Positions 43,670 to 52,619 of a stretch of DNA of 64,000 bases are shown here, one piece after another; within the stretch, counting starts at the first letter, position 1; each line of letters begins with the position of its first letter. The notes below the pieces were generated by a model. The model was not told where the DNA came from, ran no database searches, and saw nothing but the letters and a program-made list of their open reading frames with translations. A program made the translations under genes and the position numbers. The stretch spans positions 51,071-115,070 of the forward strand of contig JBJHDA010000001.1 of the NCBI GenBank assembly GCA_050486305.1. The letters are read 5' to 3'. This stretch comes from Candidatus Saccharimonadota bacterium (lineage in GTDB: Bacteria > Patescibacteriota > Saccharimonadia > Saccharimonadales > SLHW01).

Positions 43670-44410
43670 ATGTCCAAAACCATTGATATAAAGGAATTGT
43701 TTGCAGCTGGAGCGCACTTTGGCCATAAAACGAGCCGATGGCACCCAAAGATGGCGCCATATATTCACAGCAAGCGCGACGGGAGCCACGTTATTGACCT
43801 GGCTAGGACGGTCGTACAGCTTGAAGACGCCTGCAAGTTTATCGAAAAAACTGCGAGCGAGGGCAAGCAAGTGCTGCTGGTTGGCACCAAGCGTCAGGCT
43901 CGGGATGCCATAAAAGAGGCTGCTAATAAAACTGGTATGCCATATGTTACTGAGCGGTGGCTCGGCGGCATGCTAACGAACCGATCGACGATTGGCGGCA
44001 GGGTAAAACACCTTAAGAAGCTTGAGGAAGATATGGCTTCCGGAAAGCTTGCGAGTAAGTACAGCAAGCTCGAAGTCCAGCGGTTTCAGGAAGAAATCGA
44101 TCAAATGAACCACTTGTTCGGCGGCATTAAGCAGATGATGCAATTGCCGGCTGTGGTTTTTGTAACCGATATTCTATATGACGTGAATGCTGTCCGAGAG
44201 GCTCGTAAACTGAACATACCGATTGTTGCTATTGTCGACACGAATGCAGATCCATCCAATATTGACTATGCGATTCCTGCAAACGACGACGCCATTAAAT
44301 CGGTAAAACTAATTACCGATCTTATCTCTGCTGCAATCGAGAGCGGGAAGCAAAAGGCAGATAAATCAAAAGCATCTGCAGACGCAAAGAAGAAAGAGGA
44401 GGCTAAGTAA
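43670..44410 (+). CDS. rpsB: 30S ribosomal protein uS2
   Basis: LFAAGAHFGHKTSRWHPKM, VLLVGTKRQA and DTNADP. Confidence 0.95.
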   Translation: MSKTIDIKELFAAGAHFGHKTSRWHPKMAPYIHSKRDGSHVIDLARTVVQLEDACKFIEKTASEGKQVLLVGTKRQARDAIKEAANKTGMPYVTERWLGGMLTNRSTIGGRVKHLKKLEEDMASGKLASKYSKLEVQRFQEEIDQMNHLFGGIKQMMQLPAVVFVTDILYDVNAVREARKLNIPIVAIVDTNADPSNIDYAIPANDDAIKSVKLITDLISAAIESGKQKADKSKASADAKKKEEAK

Positions 44411-45010
44411 ATGAGTAAGATAGATGTTGCTGATATACGACGATTACGTGAGCTGACTGGTGTCGGCATTACAGATGCAAAGCAAGCGCTCGTCGACACG
44501 GACGGTGATTTTGACAAAGCGCTTGAAGCGATGCGGAAAAAAGGCCTGACAAAGGCAGAGAAGCGCGGTGAGCGCGAGGCTCGTGCTGGAGTTGTCGGTA
44601 CGTACAATCATGATAATCGCATCGGGGTACTTGTAGAGGTGAACTGTGAGACTGATTTTGTAGCACGGAACGAGCTCTTTACCGATTTTGTTAAAGACAT
44701 TTCTATGCATATAGCGGCCAGCAATCCCGAATATCTCTCGCAGGAAGCTATCGCAAAATCAGATTATGAAGAAAAAAAGACAGAGTTTACCGAGAAAGCC
44801 AAAGAAGAAGGTAAGCCGGAAAATATGCTAGAAAATATCGTAGAAGGTATGTTAAAAAAGCATTTTGCGGAACGCTGCCTACTTGACCAGCCGTTCGTAA
44901 AGAACCCTGATATAACCGTTGGTGAATACACAAAGGAAATGATAGCCAAGCTCGGCGAAAATATTGTGATCCGTCGGTATTCGCGTATTGCCCTTGGCGA
45001 AGTTGAATAA
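44411..45010 (+). CDS. tsf: Elongation factor Ts (short form)
   Basis: LRELTGVGITDAKQAL...G....A...MRKKG and VEVNCETDFVARN. It starts immediately after the rpsB stop. Confidence 0.9.
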   Translation: MSKIDVADIRRLRELTGVGITDAKQALVDTDGDFDKALEAMRKKGLTKAEKRGEREARAGVVGTYNHDNRIGVLVEVNCETDFVARNELFTDFVKDISMHIAASNPEYLSQEAIAKSDYEEKKTEFTEKAKEEGKPENMLENIVEGMLKKHFAERCLLDQPFVKNPDITVGEYTKEMIAKLGENIVIRRYSRIALGEVE

Positions 45011-45125
45011 ACGAACAAGTGCAAATATGACTATCTGTCAGAGGTTTGTTAGTTGCACTCAATAAGCCAGAGCCGATATACTACCCGTACAGCAATAAAT
45101 GAGACAACAGCGAGGAGTTTAGATT

Positions 45126-45689
45126 TTGAGTCCGGAAAGCGTCGTACAAGCAGCAAAACAAAAATTTCAACAAGCGGTCACTCACTTAGAGGACGAACTA
45201 AAGAACATACGCACGGGTCGCGCTCATCCTTCCATGCTTGATGGGATTCAGGTCGAGGCATACGGGGCTAAAATGCCACTGATGCAGGTAGGCTCAATCT
45301 CTGTGCCGGAACCCCAGCTTTTGCAGGTTACTCCGTTTGATCCAAATAACCTTGAGGCCATCAGTAAGGCTATCAGGGAAAACCAGTCACTCGGCTTAAA
45401 TCCGATGGATGACGGTAAGGTTATTCGCATACCAATTCCGCCGCTTACGGAGGAGCGCCGTCGTGAATATGTAAAGCTCGTCGGGGCGAAGCTTGAAGAC
45501 GCCATGGTTAGCAGCCGGAACGCTCGGCATGAAGCCATGAAATTGATCGATCAGGCAAAGAAAGACAAGGATATCAGCGAGGATGACATGAAGCGCCTCC
45601 AGGAGAAGGTTGATAACGCCATGTCTGAGGCAAAACAGCAGGCCGAGGAGCTCGCAAAGCATAAAGAAAATGAGATTATGACCGTTTAG
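45126..45689 (+). CDS. frr: Ribosome recycling factor
   Basis: L..IRTGRAHPSMLD and IPIPPLTEERRREYVK. TTG start with a GAGGAG RBS 7 nt upstream. Confidence 0.9.
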   Translation: MSPESVVQAAKQKFQQAVTHLEDELKNIRTGRAHPSMLDGIQVEAYGAKMPLMQVGSISVPEPQLLQVTPFDPNNLEAISKAIRENQSLGLNPMDDGKVIRIPIPPLTEERRREYVKLVGAKLEDAMVSSRNARHEAMKLIDQAKKDKDISEDDMKRLQEKVDNAMSEAKQQAEELAKHKENEIMTV

Positions 45690-45710
45690 GTCAAGGAAAA
45701 CCACCACATT

Positions 45711-46412
45711 ATGAGCAATTCATCACCTAGCAATGTGCCCCGGCATGTCGGCATTATCCTTGATGGTAATCGCCGATGGGCGAAGCAAGCGGGGCTGCCG
45801 ACGGTTGAAGGACACCGCCGCGGTTCGGATATTTTTGGTGATATTGCCAAGCATTTATTCAACGTAGGTGTTTCTTACGTTTCAGCTTTTGTATTTTCGA
45901 CAGAAAACTGGAAGCGGACGGAAGAAGAAGTGAGCTTTTTGATGAGGCTAGTTATTAAGTACACTGAGGATCGCCTAAATGAGTTTAGCGATGCCGGAAT
46001 CCGCATTGTCATTCTGGGTTCGCGTGACCGGTTGAGCGATAAGGTAAAAAATGCCATCGACAGAGTCGAGGCTGAAACGCAAAATAATACCAAAGGGACA
46101 CTCGCCCTTTGTTTTAACTATGGCGGCCATGAAGAGATAGCCAGCGCCGTTCGTCAGCTCATCAAGCAAAACGTGGCAGCGGCTGATGTTACTCCTGAGC
46201 GAATCGAACAGGCACTATATTACCCGGAGGTTCCGCCGGTAGATTTGGTAATTCGAACGTCCGGCGAGCAGCGTCTTAGCGGGTTTATGTTATATCGAGC
46301 TGCGTATGCTGAGCTACTTTTTATAGAAAAGCACTGGCCGGCAATCACCACAGACGATATAGACAAAGCGCTTGCAGCGTATGCGAACCGTCAAAGAAGG
46401 TATGGAGCGTAG
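45711..46412 (+). CDS. uppS: Undecaprenyl diphosphate synthase
   Basis: HVGIILDGNRRWA, FSTENWKR and IRTSGEQRLSGFMLY. Confidence 0.9.
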   Translation: MSNSSPSNVPRHVGIILDGNRRWAKQAGLPTVEGHRRGSDIFGDIAKHLFNVGVSYVSAFVFSTENWKRTEEEVSFLMRLVIKYTEDRLNEFSDAGIRIVILGSRDRLSDKVKNAIDRVEAETQNNTKGTLALCFNYGGHEEIASAVRQLIKQNVAAADVTPERIEQALYYPEVPPVDLVIRTSGEQRLSGFMLYRAAYAELLFIEKHWPAITTDDIDKALAAYANRQRRYGA

Positions 46413-47594
46413 ATGGCAATAGCACTACTTATTATCGGATTACTACTGTTTATCGGGCTTGTCGTCGTCCATGAGTACGGCCACTTTATTATGGCTCGAC
46501 GCGGCGGCGTTGACGTTGAGGAATTTGGCATCGGTTTTCCGCCGCGGGCGTGGAAACGTCGCATAAAAAGCAAAAAAGGTGAATACGACTTTTCAATCAA
46601 CTGGCTACCGCTCGGAGGATTTGTTCGGCTTAAAGGCGAAAATGATGATGCGGATGAGCCAGGGAGTTTTGGTGCCGCGCCACTGGGCGTCAAGGTAAAG
46701 GTGATGATTGCCGGTGTGATAATGAACCTTATTACGGCGTTTGTGTTATTCATGATCGTTGCTTGGGTCGGTATGCCGCGGCTGCCCGAATTCGCTGTGC
46801 CGAACCAATTTACTGTCGCCGCGGATGAGCACGTCGTATCAGAGCCACGCAACCAAGATGTCGTGCTAATCGGCAGAGTAGTTGAAGATTCACCTGCAGA
46901 GGCGGCTGGCATCCAGGAGGGGGATGAGCTCGTCGCGATTAACGATGTTGTTATTGATGACCCGGCGACCGTACTCGAGATGACTGAACAGAATGCCGGA
47001 AAAGAGATAGCAATGACAGTATTGACGGATGGTGAAGAGCGGCAACTGAGCGTTACGCTAAATCCGGAAGACGTCGCAGCCGACCAAGGCTATCTTGGCG
47101 TTGCTCCAATGTCTGGACAGGAAGGTTTCAAGATAGTGCGTTATAGCTGGTCTGCCCCGATTGTTGCGGCGGGGTCCATTGCTCAGTTTACGCAACTGAC
47201 GTTTGTTGGATTATGGGATGCTCTAAGCGGCTTCGGGCAGTATTTGGTGTCGTTTGTCACTGGGAATCAGGAGGCGCGCCAGGAAGGGCAGGCCCAGGCG
47301 ACAGAGCAGGTGACCGGGCCGGTCGGTATCTTCATGACGTTAGCTGCCGTCAGCCAAGAGGGAGTCTCGCTGCTGCTGTTTGTTATCGCGTTGATTTCGC
47401 TGGCACTGGCTATTATGAACTTTTTGCCCATTCCGGCACTTGATGGCGGGAGGCTTTTCGTGACATTACTATTCCGTGCGCTTAAGCGTCCGCTTACGAA
47501 ATCGCTCGAAGAAAAGATACATGCTACCGGCTTTATGGCGTTGATGCTTCTTTTTGTCCTGATTACTATCGTAGATGTACGCAGGTTTTTCTGA
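46413..47594 (+). CDS. rseP: RseP/site-2 protease family M50 zinc metalloprotease with PDZ
   Basis: HEYGHF (HExxH), a PDZ segment (SPAEAAGIQEGDELVAIND) and NFLPIPALDGG. Confidence 0.9.
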   Translation: MAIALLIIGLLLFIGLVVVHEYGHFIMARRGGVDVEEFGIGFPPRAWKRRIKSKKGEYDFSINWLPLGGFVRLKGENDDADEPGSFGAAPLGVKVKVMIAGVIMNLITAFVLFMIVAWVGMPRLPEFAVPNQFTVAADEHVVSEPRNQDVVLIGRVVEDSPAEAAGIQEGDELVAINDVVIDDPATVLEMTEQNAGKEIAMTVLTDGEERQLSVTLNPEDVAADQGYLGVAPMSGQEGFKIVRYSWSAPIVAAGSIAQFTQLTFVGLWDALSGFGQYLVSFVTGNQEARQEGQAQATEQVTGPVGIFMTLAAVSQEGVSLLLFVIALISLALAIMNFLPIPALDGGRLFVTLLFRALKRPLTKSLEEKIHATGFMALMLLFVLITIVDVRRFF

Positions 47595-47616
47595 GGCTGA
47601 CGGTATACTGGTATAG

Positions 47617-48486
47617 ATGCCATTATTACAATCAAAAACTAAGCCCGAGGACGAAGCAGCAGCCACTGACCCCGCTCAGCAAAATCGGGATACTTCAAAA
47701 GATACGGCCAAAAAACCAATAGATCAGCAAAAAACATCATCACCGAGGCGGTCTTCGCCAGGCGGTGACCCAAGTCCGCTGCAGCTGATTTTACTAACGA
47801 TTGGAATTTTTCTTTTTGCACAACTGGTTATCGGTGTAGTTATTGCACTTTATGCGGTGGTGAGCGGACAGGGAGAAGCGGCGTTCGATACGATCACTGA
47901 GTCGAATCTAAACAACTTCCTCATTATTGCTACGCTTGCAATTGTCCAGTTTGCGGGGGTGTATTTTGTGTTGCGGCGGTACGGCAAACCGCTCAAGTCA
48001 ATCGGCTTGGTGCGACCTAAGCTCGCAGATCTACCGCGTTCAATCGTAGCGTGGGGCATTTACATGGTGTTTACTGTCGTGGCGGTCGGCATATTCCAGC
48101 TGCTAGATATCGGTATCGACTTTGAGCAGGAGCAGGTGATTGATCTTGCTCCGGTCGTCGATACAGCCGGCAGAGTGTTCGTGTTTGCCTCGCTCGTATT
48201 GATACCGGCATTCATTGAAGAAGTGCTTATGCGGGGCTTTTTGTTTATGTGGCTCCGGAAAAAACTGTCGTTCGTTCACAGTACGGCAATCGTTTCCGTT
48301 ATATTCGGTGCTGCACATCTACAGTTTGGTACCGGCGAGCCGCTGCTTTGGGCAGCATTTATTGATACGCTGGTTCTTTCGATTGTATTGTGTGGCCTAA
48401 CAGAGAGATACAAGAGTATTTGGCCTGCGATTTTTGTCCATGGCATCAAGAACGGCATCGCGTTTGTGTACTTATTTGTGCTCTAG
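47617..48486 (+). CDS. CPBP (CAAX) family intramembrane glutamic endopeptidase
   Basis: A disordered N-terminus followed by multiple TMs. Motifs EEVLMRGF, FGAAH and VHGIKN. Confidence 0.8.
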   Translation: MPLLQSKTKPEDEAAATDPAQQNRDTSKDTAKKPIDQQKTSSPRRSSPGGDPSPLQLILLTIGIFLFAQLVIGVVIALYAVVSGQGEAAFDTITESNLNNFLIIATLAIVQFAGVYFVLRRYGKPLKSIGLVRPKLADLPRSIVAWGIYMVFTVVAVGIFQLLDIGIDFEQEQVIDLAPVVDTAGRVFVFASLVLIPAFIEEVLMRGFLFMWLRKKLSFVHSTAIVSVIFGAAHLQFGTGEPLLWAAFIDTLVLSIVLCGLTERYKSIWPAIFVHGIKNGIAFVYLFVL

Positions 48487-48637
48487 CAGCCGATAGTAGT
48501 ACAATGGTCGCGAAATGACGTATCAAAAAGCATTGATTACTATTTGCACTTCTCTTATGCCCCGCTAGGGGTACTCAGCCGACGGTTTTTTGATAGAACT
48601 TTTTTATGACAGCAATACCCATCACAAGGAGAAGACT

Positions 48638-49891
48638 ATGAGAGTTTCTGAACTTTTCACAAAAACACAAAAGCACATCCCAGCGGACGAGACAGCCAAA
48701 AATGCCCAGCTGCTTATTCAAGCCGGCTATATTCATAAAGAAATGGCGGGGGTCTATGCCTACTTGCCGCTTGGCTTATTGGTGCTCGAGAATATCAAAT
48801 CAATCGTGCGAGAAGAGATGAACGCCATCGGCGGCCAGGAGCTTATCATGACTTCTTTGCAGCGAAAAGAGCTATGGGAAAAGACCGATCGTTGGGACGA
48901 TGAAAAGGTAGACGTTTGGTTTAAGTCACAGCTAAAAAACGGCACGGACGTCGGGTTTGGCTGGTCACACGAAGAGCAAATCACCAGCATGATGAAAAAC
49001 TACATCGCCAGCTACCGGGATTTGCCGGTTTTCGTGTATCAATTTCAGACAAAGCTCCGTAATGAGCTTCGTTCAAAGAGCGGTATAATGCGTGGCCGCG
49101 AGTTCGTCATGAAAGACATGTATTCGTATACACATGACGAAAAGCTGCACCAGAAATTTTATGATGAAACGATAGCGAGCTATATGCGGGTTTTTGATCG
49201 GGTTGGCCTGGGTGATGATACGTACATTACTGTGGCCTCGGGCGGTCCGTTTACAGATAACTTTAGCCACGAGTTCCAGACAATATCAGAAGCGGGCGAG
49301 GATGTTATTTACTTACACAAAGAAAAGCGCCTGGCAATAAACGAAGAAGACTACACCGAGGCGAACCTTGAGAAGCTCGGCCTAAAGAAAGACGAGCTGA
49401 CCAAGCATAAAGCTGCTGAGGTTGGGAACATTTTCAGCTTTGGCGGCAGCAAGTCAGAAGAGCTCGGCCTGTTCTTTACAGATGAAGACGGTAGCGAGAA
49501 ACCGGTGATTCTTGGCTCATACGGCATTGGTATCACCAGGCTGATGGGAGTTATCGTAGAGCACTTCAGTGATGATAAAGGTATCGTGTGGCCAGAGGCA
49601 GTTGCACCGATGAAGGTCTATCTTGCACGCCTTTCCGATGACGAGGCGGTTGTCGAGGCAGCAGATGAGCTATACCAACAATTGACCCAAAAAAATATTA
49701 CGGTATTATATGATGACCGTGATGAGAGGGCCGGCAAAAAATTTGCAGATGCGGACCTGATTGGTTTACCGCATCGTGTTGTGGTAAGCAGCAAAACATG
49801 TCAGGCTGGCGAACACGAATATAAGCGCCGCAGCGATGACGAAATCACGTATATGCCAACAGCAAAAATTATCGAAGCACTGGCACGCTAA
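48638..49891 (+). CDS. proS: Prolyl-tRNA synthetase, bacterial type lacking the INS editing domain
   Basis: The ATG at 48638 is preceded by an AAGGAG RBS (track start is 48590). MRVSELF..T.K..PADE, FQTKLRNELRSKSGIMRGREF and GSYGIGITR. Only about 35 aa lie between SGED and the motif-3 region, where the E. coli enzyme carries an INS domain of about 180 aa. Confidence 0.9.
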   Translation: MRVSELFTKTQKHIPADETAKNAQLLIQAGYIHKEMAGVYAYLPLGLLVLENIKSIVREEMNAIGGQELIMTSLQRKELWEKTDRWDDEKVDVWFKSQLKNGTDVGFGWSHEEQITSMMKNYIASYRDLPVFVYQFQTKLRNELRSKSGIMRGREFVMKDMYSYTHDEKLHQKFYDETIASYMRVFDRVGLGDDTYITVASGGPFTDNFSHEFQTISEAGEDVIYLHKEKRLAINEEDYTEANLEKLGLKKDELTKHKAAEVGNIFSFGGSKSEELGLFFTDEDGSEKPVILGSYGIGITRLMGVIVEHFSDDKGIVWPEAVAPMKVYLARLSDDEAVVEAADELYQQLTQKNITVLYDDRDERAGKKFADADLIGLPHRVVVSSKTCQAGEHEYKRRSDDEITYMPTAKIIEALAR

Positions 49892-49995
49892 AGCAGGTTT
49901 TGCTAACATAGGTGCCACTCAGGGAGCAAGAACGCTAGACCAAACAGTATTTAAACGAATACGTTTGATAATAAACAAGGCAAAGGGAACAACGT

Positions 49996-50454
49996 ATGAA
50001 AAAACAATTTCACTTAACAGCAGAAGGTGTTGAAGAGCTCAAAGCAGAACTTGATGAGGCGGTTGCTGCGCGTACGGAAATTGCAGAACGAATAAAGTTA
50101 GCTCGCGAGTTTGGTGACTTGAGCGAAAACGCAGAGTATCAGGCAGCTAGGCAGGAGCAGGAAAAAAATGAAACACGTATCGGCGAACTCGAGCATATTC
50201 TTGCCAACGTAGAGCTTATAAAAAAGCCCCGTGGGGACAAAAAAATACAACTTGGCTCAAAAGTACTCCTGAAGTCAGGCAGCAAAGCAAAGAATCTGCA
50301 GGTCGTCGGTACTGTTGAAGCAGATCCGCTTGAAGGGAAAATAAGCGACGAGTCACCAATCGGCAAAGCACTTCTTGGCAAACAGGTCGGTGATGAGGTT
50401 GAAATAAAGAACACTGTCGATACTGCTAAGTATACTGTTGAGGAGATTAGCTAA
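49996..50454 (+). CDS. greA: Transcription elongation factor GreA
   Basis: LT.EG...L..EL......R.EI...I..AREFGDLSENAEY.AAR.EQ and a C-terminal S..SPIGKALLGK.VGD. Confidence 0.9.
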   Translation: MKKQFHLTAEGVEELKAELDEAVAARTEIAERIKLAREFGDLSENAEYQAARQEQEKNETRIGELEHILANVELIKKPRGDKKIQLGSKVLLKSGSKAKNLQVVGTVEADPLEGKISDESPIGKALLGKQVGDEVEIKNTVDTAKYTVEEIS

Positions 50455-50455
50455 C

Positions 50456-50483
50456 TTGACAAATTTGTAACTTAGTATATACT
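50456..50483 (+). promoter_or_regulatory. Near-consensus sigma-70-type promoter immediately after greA
   Basis: TTGACA (50456-50461), a 16-nt spacer, then TATACT (50478-50483). It drives an untranslated region of about 180 nt before the ORF at 50669. Confidence 0.55.
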
Positions 50484-50668
50484 ATGATATTATGAGCCGT
50501 ATTGAACGCCAAAATCTCTTTAGCAGAAAGCCAAAGCTCTGGTCGTAAGAATCGACAGGGCTTGAGCGTAAATACAGGCAACAGCACTCCCGGATTCTTG
50601 CGACGAAAGAAGCAAAAGATACGGGAGTGTATGTATATAAAGCCGAAATAACACAATAAGGATATAAA

Positions 50669-51037
50669 ATGAATCAGCAACAAATAACAGGTGAGCAGCT
50701 ACTCGACGCATTTACTATGCCGCTGCCGGAAGCCAAAGAGCTGCAGGCTACTTTGGAGCAAGCCGGTTACGAGCAAGTCGTGGCTCTTAGTTTTCCAGAC
50801 GCGGTTCGGGAGTCGGATTTTACGGATATGGCTCGTGAGATCACACGCGAGAAGTGCCATGCAACGACAGCTTTATCGCTCGGCAATCTCGTCGTTGCAC
50901 CGATAGTCGTTACGGACCAAGCAGCGAGCCGAGTGCGGCGGTTTGTCGGTGTTTGGCAGTCGGCGAGCAGTACAGAAGCCGCTGGCGGACAAGTGGCGCC
51001 GCCACACCAAACAGTACAAACTGAGGCAGTAGCCTAA
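50669..51037 (+). CDS. Hypothetical protein (122 aa)
   Basis: ORF with a TAAGGA RBS-like sequence upstream. I recognise no family motif. Confidence 0.5.
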   Translation: MNQQQITGEQLLDAFTMPLPEAKELQATLEQAGYEQVVALSFPDAVRESDFTDMAREITREKCHATTALSLGNLVVAPIVVTDQAASRVRRFVGVWQSASSTEAAGGQVAPPHQTVQTEAVA

Positions 51038-51092
51038 GATAGCCCGCCAGATGCTACAATAGAAAAAACCAGCAACAAGACGGAGAGACTAC

Positions 51093-52613
51093 ATGGCAAC
51101 CTTAAAAGAACTGCGAGATGAGCGACTACGCAAACGCGAAGAGCTAATTGCTCAAGGAGTAGCGCTGTATCCCGGGGACGTGACTCGAACCCACCAGGCA
51201 AAAGAAGTAATCGACTCATATGAAGCGCTCGAGGGTGAGCCTGTCAGTGTAACTGGCCGGCTTGTCAGTACCCGGAAATTCGGTAAGATTGCATTTTTTG
51301 TACTGCGCGACAGCAGTGCTTCACTACAGTTATTTTTAACGAACGATGCTCTCGGTGACGCTGATCCATCAAGAAGCGAGATTACGTACCAGCAGCTTAA
51401 CTTGCTTGATCCTGGTGACTTTATTGAAGCGAGCGGACCGGTTATTAAAACGCAAACGGGCGAGATTTCGATAGAGGTAAGCAAGCTGCGGCTCTTGACG
51501 AAAACACTTCGGCCGCTGCCGACCGACCACGATGGCTTTACGAACAAAGAAGTCCGTATGCGCCGTCGCTATATCGACACGAATGTGAACAAAGAGGTTT
51601 ACGAGCGGTATCTCCGACGCAGTACGTTTTGGCAGGAAACACGGTCATTCCTGCTTAAAGAAGGTTTTACTGAAATAAGCACACCAGTGCTAGAAAATGT
51701 TCCCGGTGGCGCAGACGCAAAACCGTTTATCACACACATGGACGCGCTTGATCATGATTTCTACCTACGTATTTCGCACGAGCTTCCCTTGAAGCGCTTA
51801 CTCGGCGGAGGCTACGAAAAGGTGTTCGATATTGGCCCACGCTTCCGTAACGAAAACTACTCCGATGAGCATCTGCCGGAGCACAATGCGATGGAATGGT
51901 ATTGGGCATATGCTAACTGGGAGAACGGAATGCAATTGACGCAGCGCCTGGTCCGCGCGGTAGCAGACAACACCTGGGGTAAACGACAATTTACGTTGGC
52001 AAATGGGTTGAGCGTTGATTTGGGTGCTGACGGGACTGATTGGAAGCGCATAAGTTTCGTTGAAGTCATTAAAGAGCATTATGGGCTTGATGTGCACGAA
52101 TGCAGCCTGGAAGAAGTAAAAGATCAACTTAAGCAACACAACTTAGAGGTGGAGAAGCAGGACAATCGGGCTCGGGGCATAGATAAGCTTTGGAAGAAAA
52201 TCAGAGTTACGTTACCTGGGCCAGCTTTCTTGGTAGATGTGCCGACGTTCCTGCAGCCGCTCGCAAAGACGCAGCCAGGCGATGAGCGTTTGACTGAGCA
52301 ATTTAATTTGATTCTTGGCGGTACTGAGGCGTGTAAGGCATATTCTGAGCTAAATGACCCGATAGATCAGCTGGAGCGCTTTAAAGAGCAGCAGGCAATG
52401 CGTGATGCGGGCGATGATGAGGCGCAGATGCTGGATATCGACTTTGTTGAAATGCTCGAATACGGCATGCCGCCAGCCTGTGGTTTTGGGTATAGCGAAC
52501 GATTGTTTTGGTTATTGGAAGGGGTGACAGCACGAGAAGGTGTTCCGTTTCCGCAGCTCCGTCACGAAGTCTCTGAGACCACTAAAGAGCTCTATCCAGA
52601 TATAAGCTTGTAA
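51093..52613 (+). CDS. lysS: Lysyl-tRNA synthetase, class II
   Basis: An OB-fold N-domain (VSVTGRLVSTRKFGKIAFFVLRD), FRNE and class II motifs, with a C-terminal GFGYSERL. Confidence 0.95.
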   Translation: MATLKELRDERLRKREELIAQGVALYPGDVTRTHQAKEVIDSYEALEGEPVSVTGRLVSTRKFGKIAFFVLRDSSASLQLFLTNDALGDADPSRSEITYQQLNLLDPGDFIEASGPVIKTQTGEISIEVSKLRLLTKTLRPLPTDHDGFTNKEVRMRRRYIDTNVNKEVYERYLRRSTFWQETRSFLLKEGFTEISTPVLENVPGGADAKPFITHMDALDHDFYLRISHELPLKRLLGGGYEKVFDIGPRFRNENYSDEHLPEHNAMEWYWAYANWENGMQLTQRLVRAVADNTWGKRQFTLANGLSVDLGADGTDWKRISFVEVIKEHYGLDVHECSLEEVKDQLKQHNLEVEKQDNRARGIDKLWKKIRVTLPGPAFLVDVPTFLQPLAKTQPGDERLTEQFNLILGGTEACKAYSELNDPIDQLERFKEQQAMRDAGDDEAQMLDIDFVEMLEYGMPPACGFGYSERLFWLLEGVTAREGVPFPQLRHEVSETTKELYPDISL

Positions 52614-52619
52614 AGAAGT

